Shown: positions 9,120 to 18,736, numbered from the stretch's first letter. The stretch is 26,006 nucleotides of DNA from a virus (IMGVR_UViG_3300044448_004153:1-26006), one strand, 5' to 3'. The notes: generated by a model from the sequence alone, not told the origin. Numbers and translations: made by a program.

Positions 9120-9389
9120 ATGATAAAAACAAAGCATGGTGAATTTGAGATTCGCCCTATCACTTTTGGTGAGCGTAGAGAACTTCATCGTTTGGAGATG
9201 AAGGTGTTTTGGGATGAAAACACCATCGAAAAAGACGCTTATTTTGATCTGTTAAACTGGTGTATGGAAAAAGCCTTTTCCAATCCAGAAGAAACCCTAG
9301 AAAAATTAGATGATGCACAGATAGACGAGGTATTGAATGATGTCTATATGCACTATAAGGGTTTAGATCAAAAAAAAACTGCAAAGTAA
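9120..9389 (+). CDS. Tail assembly chaperone (lambda gpG-like)
   Basis: Between tube and tape measure genes; ends in a slippery A9 run. Confidence 0.8.
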   Translation: MIKTKHGEFEIRPITFGERRELHRLEMKVFWDENTIEKDAYFDLLNWCMEKAFSNPEETLEKLDDAQIDEVLNDVYMHYKGLDQKKTAK

Positions 9390-9793
9390 GAATCTCAACT
9401 TGGGCTAACTTTTTTGGATGGGGGAATAGCCTCTATCCTACTAAAGTCACTACCTACGAAGCTCAAAGCCCTACTCTGGGCAAGATAATCACATTTACAG
9501 AAGATGAGATATGGGATGAGTGCGCTCGTATTATAGCAGAGGACAAGCATAATAAGTTCTCTATTGGTCAAAATCTTTACTACAACCTTAATTTCTTTTG
9601 CAACCCTAAGTTCTTTTTAGACAATGAGATAGAGGGCTATATAGACGATTACTTTGTTTCTAATAAATTTAACTTACCGTTATCAGACACCCTATATAAT
9701 GCCGATGCAAAAACGATTGACATCTTTCGTGTTATTAGTGAAGAGCTTACCGCTTGTGAAAAAAGATCAAGGGAAATGAATAATGGCAAATAA
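9371..9793 (+). CDS. -1 frameshift extension of the tail assembly chaperone (gpGT-like)
   Basis: A_AAA_AAA heptamer at 9371-9377; the -1 frame is open 9359-9793 with no ATG until 9776. Confidence 0.85.
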   Translation, partial: KKNCKVRISTWANFFGWGNSLYPTKVTTYEAQSPTLGKIITFTEDEIWDECARIIAEDKHNKFSIGQNLYYNLNFFCNPKFFLDNEIEGYIDDYFVSNKFNLPLSDTLYNADAKTIDIFRVISEELTACEKRSREMNNGK

Positions 9794-11645
9794 ATTTGTA
9801 ATAGAAGTCAGAGCTAAGGGGTTTACGAACCTAGAACAGCAACTTCAAAGAGCTGATAAGGCCACTAGGGGCTATGAGAAGTCTAATCAAAAACTTAGAG
9901 GTACTACATCTGGTTTAAGAAGGCAAATAGGTGCGTTAAGAAATAATATACTTCTTTATACATTTGCAATAGGTGCTGCTGGTAAGGTTACTGGAAAATT
10001 TATAAGAGATGCATCAAAATTTGAGTCTGTAAAAACAAGGCTTGTGGGTTTAACAGGCTCGGTTCAAAAGGCAGAGCAAGCTTTTAGCAAGTTTAACGAT
10101 GTAGCTGCAACCACACCATTTACATTAGATGACGTAGTTAATGCTGGAGCGCAGTTAGAAGCTTTTGGTGCAAATTCACAAATGCTGTTAAAAGAAATCA
10201 CCGACCTTGCAGCATTTATGGGTACGACAGCTACCGAAGCTGCAAACTCTTTCGGAAGAGCGTTCGCTGGAGGCGCTGGAGCAGCCGATATTCTAAGAGA
10301 GCGTGGAATCTTAAATATTATTAAAGATTCTCAAGGTCTTGCAGACCTATCAAAAACCACATTGCCAGAGTTTAGAGAAGCATTAATTAAATCATTACAA
10401 GATCCTACTGTTGGTATTGCAGGAAGTACCGATAGGCTGTCTCAAACTTTTGAAGGCGCATTTAGCAACATGAAGGATGCAGTTACACTTCTTTCTGTTG
10501 AAATTGGTGATACTTTAATGCCTTCTATAAAAAGAGCAACTGAGGGAATAGGAAACTTAGCTAAAGCTGCAACGAGATTTTTAAAAGAACTTAAAGGAGA
10601 ATTTGACTCACCTGAGTTTAAGCAAAGTATTGAGGGTTTGCTTGAAGCCCCAATGGCTAAGTTTCAAGAAAGCATTAAGGATTTTGACGTAAAACAACTT
10701 TCAGATAAGCTAAAAGAATTGCAAAAACAATTAAAAGCTACCGCGCCTACAGCTCTAACTATGACAAAAGAAGTAGAAGCATTTAGTGACTCTGCAAAAA
10801 CAGTTGGTATAGAAATAATACATCTTACAGGTGACATAGATAAAACCTCAGATGGCATGATTACTTTAAAAGAAATATCAGGAGGAACATCAAAAGACCT
10901 ATTAGAAACAGCGCTGTCAATAAATACAGCAACTACAGCATTAGAAGATTTTGGTGAAAAAACAAAAAAAGCAAATGAAGATAATCTTTTTAGTATGGAA
11001 ATCAATGAGCAAAACAGGGAGTTTATTTTAGCACAAATTGAAATTTTAAAAACTCTTATAGGCTTAAAAAAAGAAGAAGCAAATTTAACAAAAACAAACG
11101 GTGAAGCAGAGAAAGAAAGAAACAGTATAGAGCTTGATGCTATACACGCTAGAGCTAAAGCTTTTAGAAGATTTAGTGATCAACTAGCTAGAGCCGTTGT
11201 TGATGGACAGTCATTAGGAACAGCAGTAACAAATTCTTTAAGAGCTATAGCAGCAGAGTTAACCGCGCAAGCCGCTTCTTTTGCTATATTGCAGTTATTT
11301 TCACCTAATAAACTTAGCGCAGGAAAGCTTGGCTTTGATTTACTAGCTGGATTATTTCCAAAAATTGCACACGATGGTGGCCCAGTACAAAAGTTTGCTG
11401 GTGGTGGTGTTGTGCATGGCAGGGATAACGTACCGATATTAGCCCAGGCTGGAGAGTTTATTATAAAAAGAGATTCTGCGCAGTCTATAGGTCTTGATGC
11501 GCTAACGCAAATGAATGAGTCAGGCCAAGCATCAAGCGTGATAGTTAATATAAATGGTGGAGTAGTTCAGGATGATTATGTAAGAAATGAATTAATCCCT
11601 GCTATTAACACCGCACTAACGTCAGGCGCAAGAATTAATGCTTAA
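9783..11645 (+). CDS. Tape measure protein
   Basis: Tape-measure motifs (AATTPFTLDDVVNAGAQLEAFG, DLAA, G..SNMKD), Ala-rich helical body, C-terminal HDGG/FAGGG..GRDNVP..AQAGEFI. Confidence 0.92.
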   Translation: MANKFVIEVRAKGFTNLEQQLQRADKATRGYEKSNQKLRGTTSGLRRQIGALRNNILLYTFAIGAAGKVTGKFIRDASKFESVKTRLVGLTGSVQKAEQAFSKFNDVAATTPFTLDDVVNAGAQLEAFGANSQMLLKEITDLAAFMGTTATEAANSFGRAFAGGAGAADILRERGILNIIKDSQGLADLSKTTLPEFREALIKSLQDPTVGIAGSTDRLSQTFEGAFSNMKDAVTLLSVEIGDTLMPSIKRATEGIGNLAKAATRFLKELKGEFDSPEFKQSIEGLLEAPMAKFQESIKDFDVKQLSDKLKELQKQLKATAPTALTMTKEVEAFSDSAKTVGIEIIHLTGDIDKTSDGMITLKEISGGTSKDLLETALSINTATTALEDFGEKTKKANEDNLFSMEINEQNREFILAQIEILKTLIGLKKEEANLTKTNGEAEKERNSIELDAIHARAKAFRRFSDQLARAVVDGQSLGTAVTNSLRAIAAELTAQAASFAILQLFSPNKLSAGKLGFDLLAGLFPKIAHDGGPVQKFAGGGVVHGRDNVPILAQAGEFIIKRDSAQSIGLDALTQMNESGQASSVIVNINGGVVQDDYVRNELIPAINTALTSGARINA

Positions 11646-13953
11646 TTTTGATGACGAATTAACTACAAGGTTAAATAAAGCTAGTACGACAGCCTTTTGG
11701 GTGCTAAAACTTTATTACAATGATGATACTAGCGCTTCTAATTTTATAGGGGTAAGTGATGTTACAAGGATTGATGGATCAGATGAATATTATGGCATAG
11801 TATCTTCATGGGGAAAACATATACAATCTTTAGATTTTTTTAATTTTCATACATCTACTTCAAACATATCCCTAAAGTTAATAAATACCGATAGAACTAT
11901 TAACAACGGTAGGTTTTCTGATTTATTTGCTACTAAAAACTTTTCAAATAGAAAATGGGAATTGTTTTTAAATACTAATGAACCTGACTCTGTAAATAAT
12001 TATGATGATGCAGAAAGGATGATCGGTAGCGGAATCATAGCTGGTAATATCAGTTACGATGATCGATTAGTTTCAATAACTTTATTTGATAATTCTTCAA
12101 AATATCATAATCTAATTCCTAAAAACACAGTTGCAGCAGGAACTTATACAAATGCACCAGAAAACAATATAGGTAAGCCGATACCAATGGCTTATGGTGA
12201 TTTTTATGAAAAAACAGATATAGGCACAATTCCTACAACACATTTTGATAGCTATTATAATTTTTACAAAGGTGCTTTTCCAGCAATAATAACTGACAAA
12301 TTTGATGTTCAAGAGGCTGCCGTTGAAGCAGCAGTAGATAGCCAGGCTATACATACGCTAGACAATGAAAATGTGTATATTTATTCAAACAATACTTATG
12401 CTACTATGACAGGAACGGTAAATGCTACTGGTAGAAATCCTGTTATTGAGTTTTCTGGAGCAGGGGCATCATTTTATGTTCCAATTAGCACTTCTAATAT
12501 TGCATCTGAAAGCGGCTCTGGTAGTTATGCTGTTTCTGATGAAGAAAGGATTGGAGATGGATCTTTTTCTAACTACGCTTCATGGGCTGCTAATAGCGGA
12601 ACTACAAATAACTCTGTAGCAACAATGACATTTGCTGTGCCTAAAGTAAATAGTATAGGCACTTATAGCGCTGTCTCGGTGTTAGTTAAATGGGGTACAA
12701 ATTCTGATTTTGAAGGAGATAATGGAGAAACTTTTAGGTATACAGCTAATTCAGTAAACGAAGACCATGATACAATTAGTGATAACTCAGTAACAAAAAC
12801 CGCAGTTGGTAGTTTATATAGCGGCAAAACAACTACATTTGACTTTGAAGGTCCAATACAATTTAGCCTTAGAAGTGGCTCAGACAACACAAATCACTCT
12901 GCTCAAATATATGAAGCTGGGCTTGTAATAGACATAACATCTGAAGAAATTGAACAATACGATGTAGTGGAAGAATATGAACATTTTTATCCAACAAGCG
13001 GATATGTAATACAACCTCATGGACCACCTATACAAACTTCTGTTCCTGCAAAGTCTACAATGAAAGTAAGAACAGCTACTTATAGCACTCCTGCTAAGAT
13101 TGACTATGTTTATTATAGCGGTAAAGGTAGAAAGTATGGATCTTGGATAGATGCTAATTCAAGAAATCAAGGTTATAATGAAAATGATTTAATTGAAAAT
13201 CCTGTATTTATGATTGAAGATATTTTGCGTAGCGAGCTATCTCTAACAAGTAGTGAAATAGATTATGATAGTTTTGATACATCAGGGAACACATCTAATG
13301 GATATATAGGAGAATATTTTGCAGATGCGGTCGGTGATATTAAATTTGCTTTTTCACAGCATAAATTTATACCATCTAAGGATTTAATTGAACATTTAGG
13401 TTCTTTATGCTTTTCCTATATATTTATATCAGGCGATAGTAAGATTAAAATTAAGACATTACGACAAAAGGATGATTACTCCTCCCAAGATCAAATTATT
13501 GATTTTAATGATATTGTTTTAGGCAACATATCTCAAACATCTATAGGTAGCGTAAAAAATTCAATAGAAATAAAATACAATCACGATTATGCTGGTAAAA
13601 GTAATAAATCGACAGCTACAGCTACAGACTCTACGTCACAAGGAACGACTGTTAATGGTTTTAACGATACGTTAAAACTTATGCTTGATGCTAATGAAAT
13701 ATTAGATTCTACAACGGCTACAAAACTTGCTGAAGCTTATTTATACTTAATGAAAGACCGTAAAGTTGTTATTGATTTTAAATGCTCTAGGCCTAAATAC
13801 AATCACCTTGAGATTGGTGATATAGTAAAGTTTTCAAATTGGGATTCAAATATTAAAATATATGGCACAGCAATGGGAACTGATTACTATATGGTAACAA
13901 AAATTGAAAAACATCCAAATAATACAAAAATGGAAATTATAAAGGTATCCTAA
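11638..13953 (+). CDS. Tail tip / baseplate hub-like protein
   Basis: GKPIPMAYG and ENPVFMIEDIL motifs; C-terminal HLEIGDIVKF...Y-x-VTKIE; follows the tape measure gene. Confidence 0.75.
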   Translation: MLNFDDELTTRLNKASTTAFWVLKLYYNDDTSASNFIGVSDVTRIDGSDEYYGIVSSWGKHIQSLDFFNFHTSTSNISLKLINTDRTINNGRFSDLFATKNFSNRKWELFLNTNEPDSVNNYDDAERMIGSGIIAGNISYDDRLVSITLFDNSSKYHNLIPKNTVAAGTYTNAPENNIGKPIPMAYGDFYEKTDIGTIPTTHFDSYYNFYKGAFPAIITDKFDVQEAAVEAAVDSQAIHTLDNENVYIYSNNTYATMTGTVNATGRNPVIEFSGAGASFYVPISTSNIASESGSGSYAVSDEERIGDGSFSNYASWAANSGTTNNSVATMTFAVPKVNSIGTYSAVSVLVKWGTNSDFEGDNGETFRYTANSVNEDHDTISDNSVTKTAVGSLYSGKTTTFDFEGPIQFSLRSGSDNTNHSAQIYEAGLVIDITSEEIEQYDVVEEYEHFYPTSGYVIQPHGPPIQTSVPAKSTMKVRTATYSTPAKIDYVYYSGKGRKYGSWIDANSRNQGYNENDLIENPVFMIEDILRSELSLTSSEIDYDSFDTSGNTSNGYIGEYFADAVGDIKFAFSQHKFIPSKDLIEHLGSLCFSYIFISGDSKIKIKTLRQKDDYSSQDQIIDFNDIVLGNISQTSIGSVKNSIEIKYNHDYAGKSNKSTATATDSTSQGTTVNGFNDTLKLMLDANEILDSTTATKLAEAYLYLMKDRKVVIDFKCSRPKYNHLEIGDIVKFSNWDSNIKIYGTAMGTDYYMVTKIEKHPNNTKMEIIKVS

Positions 13954-14738
13954 TGGCCAAATATTTTATCTATCCAAACGCAAATCTTTATTCAGCAGAC
14001 CCAGTAGGGGGCGATCAGACTGGTGGTACTAACGACTTTGCTGCTGATGCAACTTCCGCAACCAATGAGACTAGACTAACCGATGTTTCAATCGCTACCG
14101 CAGCAGGAATGCCAGCGCAATACGACACCGTACAATTTGACTTAACGGCCTCTGGTAATACGATTGATAGTATAGCTGTATACAGCACAGCCGAAGATGC
14201 TGATGATTTAGATTGGTATGCTAGCGATAGCGCTACTTCAAATGCGTATAATACAGGTATTACAGGCTCTAGTATGGCTACGGTAAGTGCTGGGTGGACC
14301 GTTAGGACTGGTGTAACCGTCAGCAGTTCTTCCCCAGCGACTCGCTATTACTATATGAGACAAAGCGCTGGTGCTAATAATACACTTACTGAGGTTATCT
14401 TAGGTACAAAACTTGACCTAACCAATGTTAAGCTAACTGGCGCTGAGGGTATAAACTACGGCAATGACCTGATGATCAGTCACGGTGGCAATGAGTTCTC
14501 TAATCAAAGACATGGTGGTAAGAAGTTTTGGAACTTTAGCCTGGGGCATTGTAGTTCAACGTATAAAACAAGCCTTGAGGCAATGCGCGAGGCAGTCGAT
14601 GGCGCACATTATAAGTTTTTATATTACGATGGATCTTCTTATAATTATGTGCGGATGAGTGATGATAGCCTACGGTTTAAAGAGATTGCCTATGGTGTTT
14701 ACGATACTACAATTAAACTTACAGAGCAGTTAAGCTAA
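13953..14738 (+). CDS. Minor tail protein (C-terminal half distal-tail-like)
   Basis: Coupled TAATG start; S/T/G-rich N-domain; last gene of the tail operon. Confidence 0.6.
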   Translation: MAKYFIYPNANLYSADPVGGDQTGGTNDFAADATSATNETRLTDVSIATAAGMPAQYDTVQFDLTASGNTIDSIAVYSTAEDADDLDWYASDSATSNAYNTGITGSSMATVSAGWTVRTGVTVSSSSPATRYYYMRQSAGANNTLTEVILGTKLDLTNVKLTGAEGINYGNDLMISHGGNEFSNQRHGGKKFWNFSLGHCSSTYKTSLEAMREAVDGAHYKFLYYDGSSYNYVRMSDDSLRFKEIAYGVYDTTIKLTEQLS

Positions 14739-15832
14739 CTATAAAAAGAGTTAACGATCATCTCTGATGATTTCTTCTTATCATCTCTAATCCAATCTGC
14801 ATAGGCATTTTCCGTATCTTTTACATTCGCATGGCCTAAATGCTCTTTAACCGCATAGATATTTCCTGATTCCCTTAATAATATAGTTGCAGAAGTATCT
14901 CTAAGGTCGTGAGGTGTAAATGGTATTTCAGATACTTTACTCGCTACAGTTATTCTACTGCGAATGCGCGTTTGACTGATAGGGATGGGATATACGTCAG
15001 CTTCATCATGTATAAGCTTAAAATGATCATTGATTTTTCTTAACAGCTTTAAATGATGGTTTTTAAGGAACGGAATCTCAAGCGGTTCATCAAACTCACG
15101 CTTATGCCCTTTGTTCTTTATATAAGCAACTTCCTCTATCTCATCTATTTGCTGCCAAGTGAAATCAGGCCTACACAACTCACTTATCCGACATCCAGTC
15201 AATATATACAATTCAATAATATTTTTAGTGATAGGGCAAATGTCTGGGTGACTAAATATACGATCTAATTGATGCTGTTTTAAGGCGTTCTTTTTGCTTT
15301 TTATAGTCTTAGGTAGCTTAATCGGTTTTGCGCTGATTGTACCCTTAATTTTGCCCTCAGAAACCTGTTCCCTAGCCCAGTTGCCTATGTGATTTAAGCA
15401 TCGAAGTGCAGTTATACCAGAATTCTTCTTATTTGGATTACCGTAGCGCTTATAATAAAACTCATAATCAATTTTACTAAAATGAAAATCACTACCTAAA
15501 TCATCTTGTAGTTTTTTCATTAATGCGATATAGCGCTTAATTGTTCTAGTTGCGTATTGCTTATAGGGTATCGCGTTAATTGTAAAGGCCTTAAATAGAG
15601 TGCCGATGCTAAGTTCTGGTATAGTAATATTGACAGAACTAATCTTTCCATTAAGCCTGCTGTTAATCCTGTCTCTTTCTTCCACCAATAGCGCATCTCT
15701 ATATATAATATTGGCCTGATCCTTGCCAATAATAGTTATAGACCTATAGGGATTCTTATACAGATCCCTGTATCCCTCTGGAATGTATTTAATTAAGTAT
15801 TTATCGCTGTCTAATTTGGTGATTGTTGCCAT
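14735..15832 (-). CDS. int: Tyrosine recombinase / phage integrase
   Basis: Catalytic set present: TGCRISEL, K(NK), HDLR, HLGH, Y (ENAY); RBS GAAAGGA upstream. Confidence 0.93.
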   Translation of the reverse strand: MATITKLDSDKYLIKYIPEGYRDLYKNPYRSITIIGKDQANIIYRDALLVEERDRINSRLNGKISSVNITIPELSIGTLFKAFTINAIPYKQYATRTIKRYIALMKKLQDDLGSDFHFSKIDYEFYYKRYGNPNKKNSGITALRCLNHIGNWAREQVSEGKIKGTISAKPIKLPKTIKSKKNALKQHQLDRIFSHPDICPITKNIIELYILTGCRISELCRPDFTWQQIDEIEEVAYIKNKGHKREFDEPLEIPFLKNHHLKLLRKINDHFKLIHDEADVYPIPISQTRIRSRITVASKVSEIPFTPHDLRDTSATILLRESGNIYAVKEHLGHANVKDTENAYADWIRDDKKKSSEMIVNSFYS

Positions 15833-15863
15833 TTTATTTAAATCCTTTCATCTTTCATATTAA

Positions 15864-15893
15864 AAAGTAATAACACATATTACATTTATGCAA
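15864..15893 (-). promoter_or_regulatory. Candidate sigma70 promoter for int
   Basis: Minus strand TTGCAT-N18-TACTTT. Confidence 0.45.
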
Positions 15894-15917
15894 GTTATAT
15901 TTTTGTAAAAAAAGCAT

Positions 15918-15946
15918 TTGCATTTAAATAATAATTGTAATAACAT
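15918..15946 (+). promoter_or_regulatory. Candidate sigma70 promoter for the XRE/replication operon
   Basis: TTGCAT-N17-TAACAT. Confidence 0.6.
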
Positions 15947-15973
15947 ATGCAACCAAAACAGGAACATATATTA

Positions 15974-16213
15974 ATGGGAAGACCTAAAATTAACACACCA
16001 ATTCAACCTCAAACGAAGATTAAAGAGGTTTTAACAAGGCCTAATGTCCAACGCTCATTATTTTGGCTGGCAAGGCAAACAGACATTAACCATACGCTAC
16101 TACATCAAATTGTAAATGGTAAGCGTAGGTTACAAGATTATCAGGCCGACAAGATTTTCTTTACGTTGCGAAAATTTAATATAGATGTCACTCGTGATGA
16201 GGTATTTATTTGA
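15974..16213 (+). CDS. XRE-family helix-turn-helix regulator (Cro/repressor-like)
   Basis: SLFWLARQTDINHTLLHQIVNGKR HTH pattern; ATG 15974 has RBS AGGA, whereas ATG 15947 abuts the -10 box. Confidence 0.8.
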   Translation: MGRPKINTPIQPQTKIKEVLTRPNVQRSLFWLARQTDINHTLLHQIVNGKRRLQDYQADKIFFTLRKFNIDVTRDEVFI

Positions 16214-16262
16214 TCTATATAGAATTAAATTTTAACTTATAACATGAGGTACTCCACATACC

Positions 16263-16487
16263 ATGAGCCAAGTCAAGCTAATCAAGAATAAACATTTTAG
16301 TAAAAAAGACGTTCTCTCCTACATAGGGTCACTAGGCGCTTCCTTTCGTCATACAAAGCCTTCTGACCCTATGTCATCTGATGCTTTCGACATCATTACC
16401 CAATCAGAAGTACATAGACACCATATTATAACTGAGATATGTAGAAAGCTTGATACAATGAACGTAGAATATGAGGTGATCGATTGA
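16263..16487 (+). CDS. Hypothetical protein
   Basis: RBS GAGGT; co-oriented. Confidence 0.6.
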   Translation: MSQVKLIKNKHFSKKDVLSYIGSLGASFRHTKPSDPMSSDAFDIITQSEVHRHHIITEICRKLDTMNVEYEVID

Positions 16488-16588
16488 AAGATTTTTTTTG
16501 GTATTTAAGAGAGTATTGCATAGAAATAATAATTATTGCAATGCTAGTAATGGTTTTAATTAACAATAGGAGTATAGTATGGCCGTAA
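16484..16588 (+). CDS. 34-aa membrane peptide (not in ORF track)
   Basis: RBS GAGGTGA, TTG start, hydrophobic core IEIIIIAMLVMVLI. Confidence 0.45.
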   Translation: MKDFFWYLREYCIEIIIIAMLVMVLINNRSIVWP

Positions 16589-17106
16589 ATAAGAAAACAG
16601 GTACAATGAAAAACCCTGTAAAGATGGGCGCACAAATGATTAAAGGCTTAACGGTCAAGTGGTCGCACTTGGCAAAGCCTGATATGGAATACAATTCTGG
16701 ACATAGCGTTACCGTTGAAATGAATGATGAATTAGAAAAGCTGCACAAAGAAATGCAGGCACAGACTGGCGTAAAGCACATTAATGGATTAAGCGAATAC
16801 GAAGGCGTTAAGACTGCAAAGTTTTCTACAAAGGTGTATGTGAACGAAGGAGTTGAAAAGTTTCCTAGTATTTTTGATGCAGATGGTCAAAAAACAATGG
16901 ATGTGCCTTTTGGTGGAGATGTGGTAAATCTTGTATTTAAGCCTAGAGAATGGGATAAGCCAAAGAAATCAATCAGTTGCTATTTGCAAGAAGTACAGGT
17001 GGTAGAGAAAAACGGTGGTGAGTCGGTTACGTTTGCAAAAGTACAAGACAAGTCTGATCAGGCTACGTTTAGTAAGAAAAAAGATGAAGAAGATCTACCG
17101 TTCTAA
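16579..17106 (+). CDS. Single-stranded DNA-binding protein (T7 gp2.5-like)
   Basis: W-x-HL-x-KPD near the N-terminus, GGDVVNL, YLQEVQVVE, acidic tail DEEDLPF. Confidence 0.8.
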   Translation: MAVNKKTGTMKNPVKMGAQMIKGLTVKWSHLAKPDMEYNSGHSVTVEMNDELEKLHKEMQAQTGVKHINGLSEYEGVKTAKFSTKVYVNEGVEKFPSIFDADGQKTMDVPFGGDVVNLVFKPREWDKPKKSISCYLQEVQVVEKNGGESVTFAKVQDKSDQATFSKKKDEEDLPF

Positions 17107-17164
17107 ACTTGACGGTAAAAACAAGTTACATATTCAAAAACTACAACAAGAGTGGGATGAAGAA

Positions 17165-17464
17165 GTGAATAGCAAAGCAAAAGGTACAGGATATGAGAAC
17201 GAACTTGTAAAAAAGCTACTAGAAGCTGGCTTTAAAGATGTTAAAAGAGCCTGGGGATCGGATGGGCGCAGTTTTGGGGAGTCGCCTGATGTCGATATCA
17301 AAGCGGATGATATATTGGTGCAAGCTAAAAGACGTAAAACGATCCCTAAATGGCTCTCTTTAGGTAATTGTGATGTGGTGATGTTTCGTGAAGACAGGGG
17401 CATCACTTTTGTTTGTATGACTTTTGATGATTGGGTAGAATGTTTGAAAAATGTCCGCTTATAG
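17165..17464 (+). CDS. Holliday junction resolvase (Hjc-like PD-(D/E)XK)
   Basis: SKAKG-xx-YE-x-EL, PD, VQAK motifs. Start uncertain; GTG 17165 chosen, ORF is open from 17015. Confidence 0.8.
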   Translation: MNSKAKGTGYENELVKKLLEAGFKDVKRAWGSDGRSFGESPDVDIKADDILVQAKRRKTIPKWLSLGNCDVVMFREDRGITFVCMTFDDWVECLKNVRL

Positions 17465-17604
17465 AAAATAAAAGATGCCCCTATGCAGGATACGATGAAC
17501 AAAAAAGATTACGATGTGGATTTGCCACACATCCCAATTTGGTTTCGGAATTAACCGTATGTGGTCTGAAACTGAAAAAGGCGAGAAGAAGAAAAAGAAG
17601 ATAG
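17440..17604 (+). CDS. 54-aa Cys4 protein with Arg-rich tail (not in ORF track)
   Basis: MFEKCPLIENKRCPYAGYDEQKRLRCGFATHPNLVSELTVCGLKLKKARRRKRR; aligns with 22294-22641. Confidence 0.65.
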   Translation: MFEKCPLIENKRCPYAGYDEQKRLRCGFATHPNLVSELTVCGLKLKKARRRKRR

Positions 17605-17840
17605 GCTGGGTTTGGCAAAGGCTTGTTGATTTTCTCGCCTATGTATTAATAGAAGTGTGCGATGCTATCCTTTCATTTATACCTCGGAATACACCTTCAG
17701 ATAAAGTGTCGCATACTTCTAAAACTTGCCGCCATAAAACACTTGTTCACTTATGGGATGGGTATGATTACAGAACCGACCGTTGGGAATGCGAAAGCTG
17801 CGGAGCGGATATACCAGAGGTTTATGGGGATGATCTATGA
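17559..17840 (+). CDS. Hypothetical protein with CxH...CxxC zinc-ribbon motif
   Basis: CRH...WECESCG; start uncertain (17514 or 17559). Confidence 0.55.
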   Translation: MWSETEKGEKKKKKIGWVWQRLVDFLAYVLIEVCDAILSFIPRNTPSDKVSHTSKTCRHKTLVHLWDGYDYRTDRWECESCGADIPEVYGDDL

Positions 17841-17977
17841 CACGATGGTTCTTTGTATACCTGTACCGTTATTTCAGAGATGGTCGCAGCGATAAGCAGA
17901 AAGAAAACATGGATTGGTTTTTAAGGGTCAATGGTAATAAAACATTATTAAGAATATGGAGATATTTGAATGGCTGA
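17837..17977 (+). CDS. 46-aa hypothetical protein (not in ORF track)
   Basis: ATGA overlap with the upstream stop; fills the gap to the next gene. Confidence 0.5.
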   Translation: MTRWFFVYLYRYFRDGRSDKQKENMDWFLRVNGNKTLLRIWRYLNG

Positions 17978-18332
17978 TGAAACTTTACAAAAGATAAAAA
18001 TTACAGAAAAGATGGAAAAAGAATATCCTGCAATGACCAAGCGATTTAAGCAGCTACAGCGAGAGCAGTACGAATTGTTCTGTAGAAAGCAACACGATTA
18101 TGGTAGCGGTAATATTTCTGTAGGTACGAACCTGGAGACAGCAGAAGAAGTGCATATGGCGCTATCTGGTATATGGTTTCGTATGAATGATAAAATAGAA
18201 CGAGCAAAGAACTTAATTATGCGGAAAGGTAGTTCTGCCGTTGATGATGAGCCTTTGGAAGATGCGTTCTTAGATTTAAGCAATTATGGTATTATGGCCA
18301 CACTTGTGAAAGAACAAATCTGGGGGAAATAA
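17970..18332 (+). CDS. DUF1599 / nucleotide-modification-associated domain 1 protein
   Basis: K-x-HDYG, RMNDK-xx-R, DE-x-LED-xx-LDLSNY motifs. Confidence 0.8.
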   Translation: MADETLQKIKITEKMEKEYPAMTKRFKQLQREQYELFCRKQHDYGSGNISVGTNLETAEEVHMALSGIWFRMNDKIERAKNLIMRKGSSAVDDEPLEDAFLDLSNYGIMATLVKEQIWGK

Positions 18333-18736
18333 TGTGGAGAAAGTTTAATCCAAAGATAAAAGTTAATTTTACAGGTATTTATGCACTTTACTTAGACCAT
18401 GAATTGATCTATATCGGTTATTCTACAAGTGTGCCTAGTCGGCTAAAGAAGCATGAGATCAGCTATGATCTTGCAAAGTATAAAAAAATTGATGACCATA
18501 ACCAAGCCAAAGCTCTTGAAGAAAAACTAATCAGAAGACTTACACCTAGTTTTAATAAAGATTTTATCAGGCCTGATGTGGAAACAAAGGCATTTTCCTG
18601 TCAATTAGAGCTTGACGTATGGAAAGCAATAAAAATTAAGCACGCGATCAAAGACAAATCAGTTGCGGACATTGTGAATGAGGCATTGCGTGAACAACTA
18701 AAAAGGTGGGTGGAAATTGGAAACCAAGCTAGTTAG
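18332..18736 (+). CDS. GIY-YIG nuclease domain fused to a C-terminal ribbon-helix-helix-like domain
   Basis: GIY-x9-YIG, RL-xx-H, LE..LI...P-x-FN; then FSCQL..VWKAIK..SVADIVNEAL. Confidence 0.75.
   Translation: MWRKFNPKIKVNFTGIYALYLDHELIYIGYSTSVPSRLKKHEISYDLAKYKKIDDHNQAKALEEKLIRRLTPSFNKDFIRPDVETKAFSCQLELDVWKAIKIKHAIKDKSVADIVNEALREQLKRWVEIGNQAS

Noticed and set aside
9390-9782. Apparent non-coding gap as an ncRNA
   Set aside because: Fully explained by the open -1 frame of the chaperone.
3-14738. Diversity-generating retroelement or invertible fibre cassette
   Set aside because: No reverse transcriptase, no template/variable repeat pair and no inverted fibre segments seen in this window.
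15833-16262. tRNA-derived attP core near int
   Set aside because: No tRNA 3'-end or T-loop-like sequence recognisable by eye.
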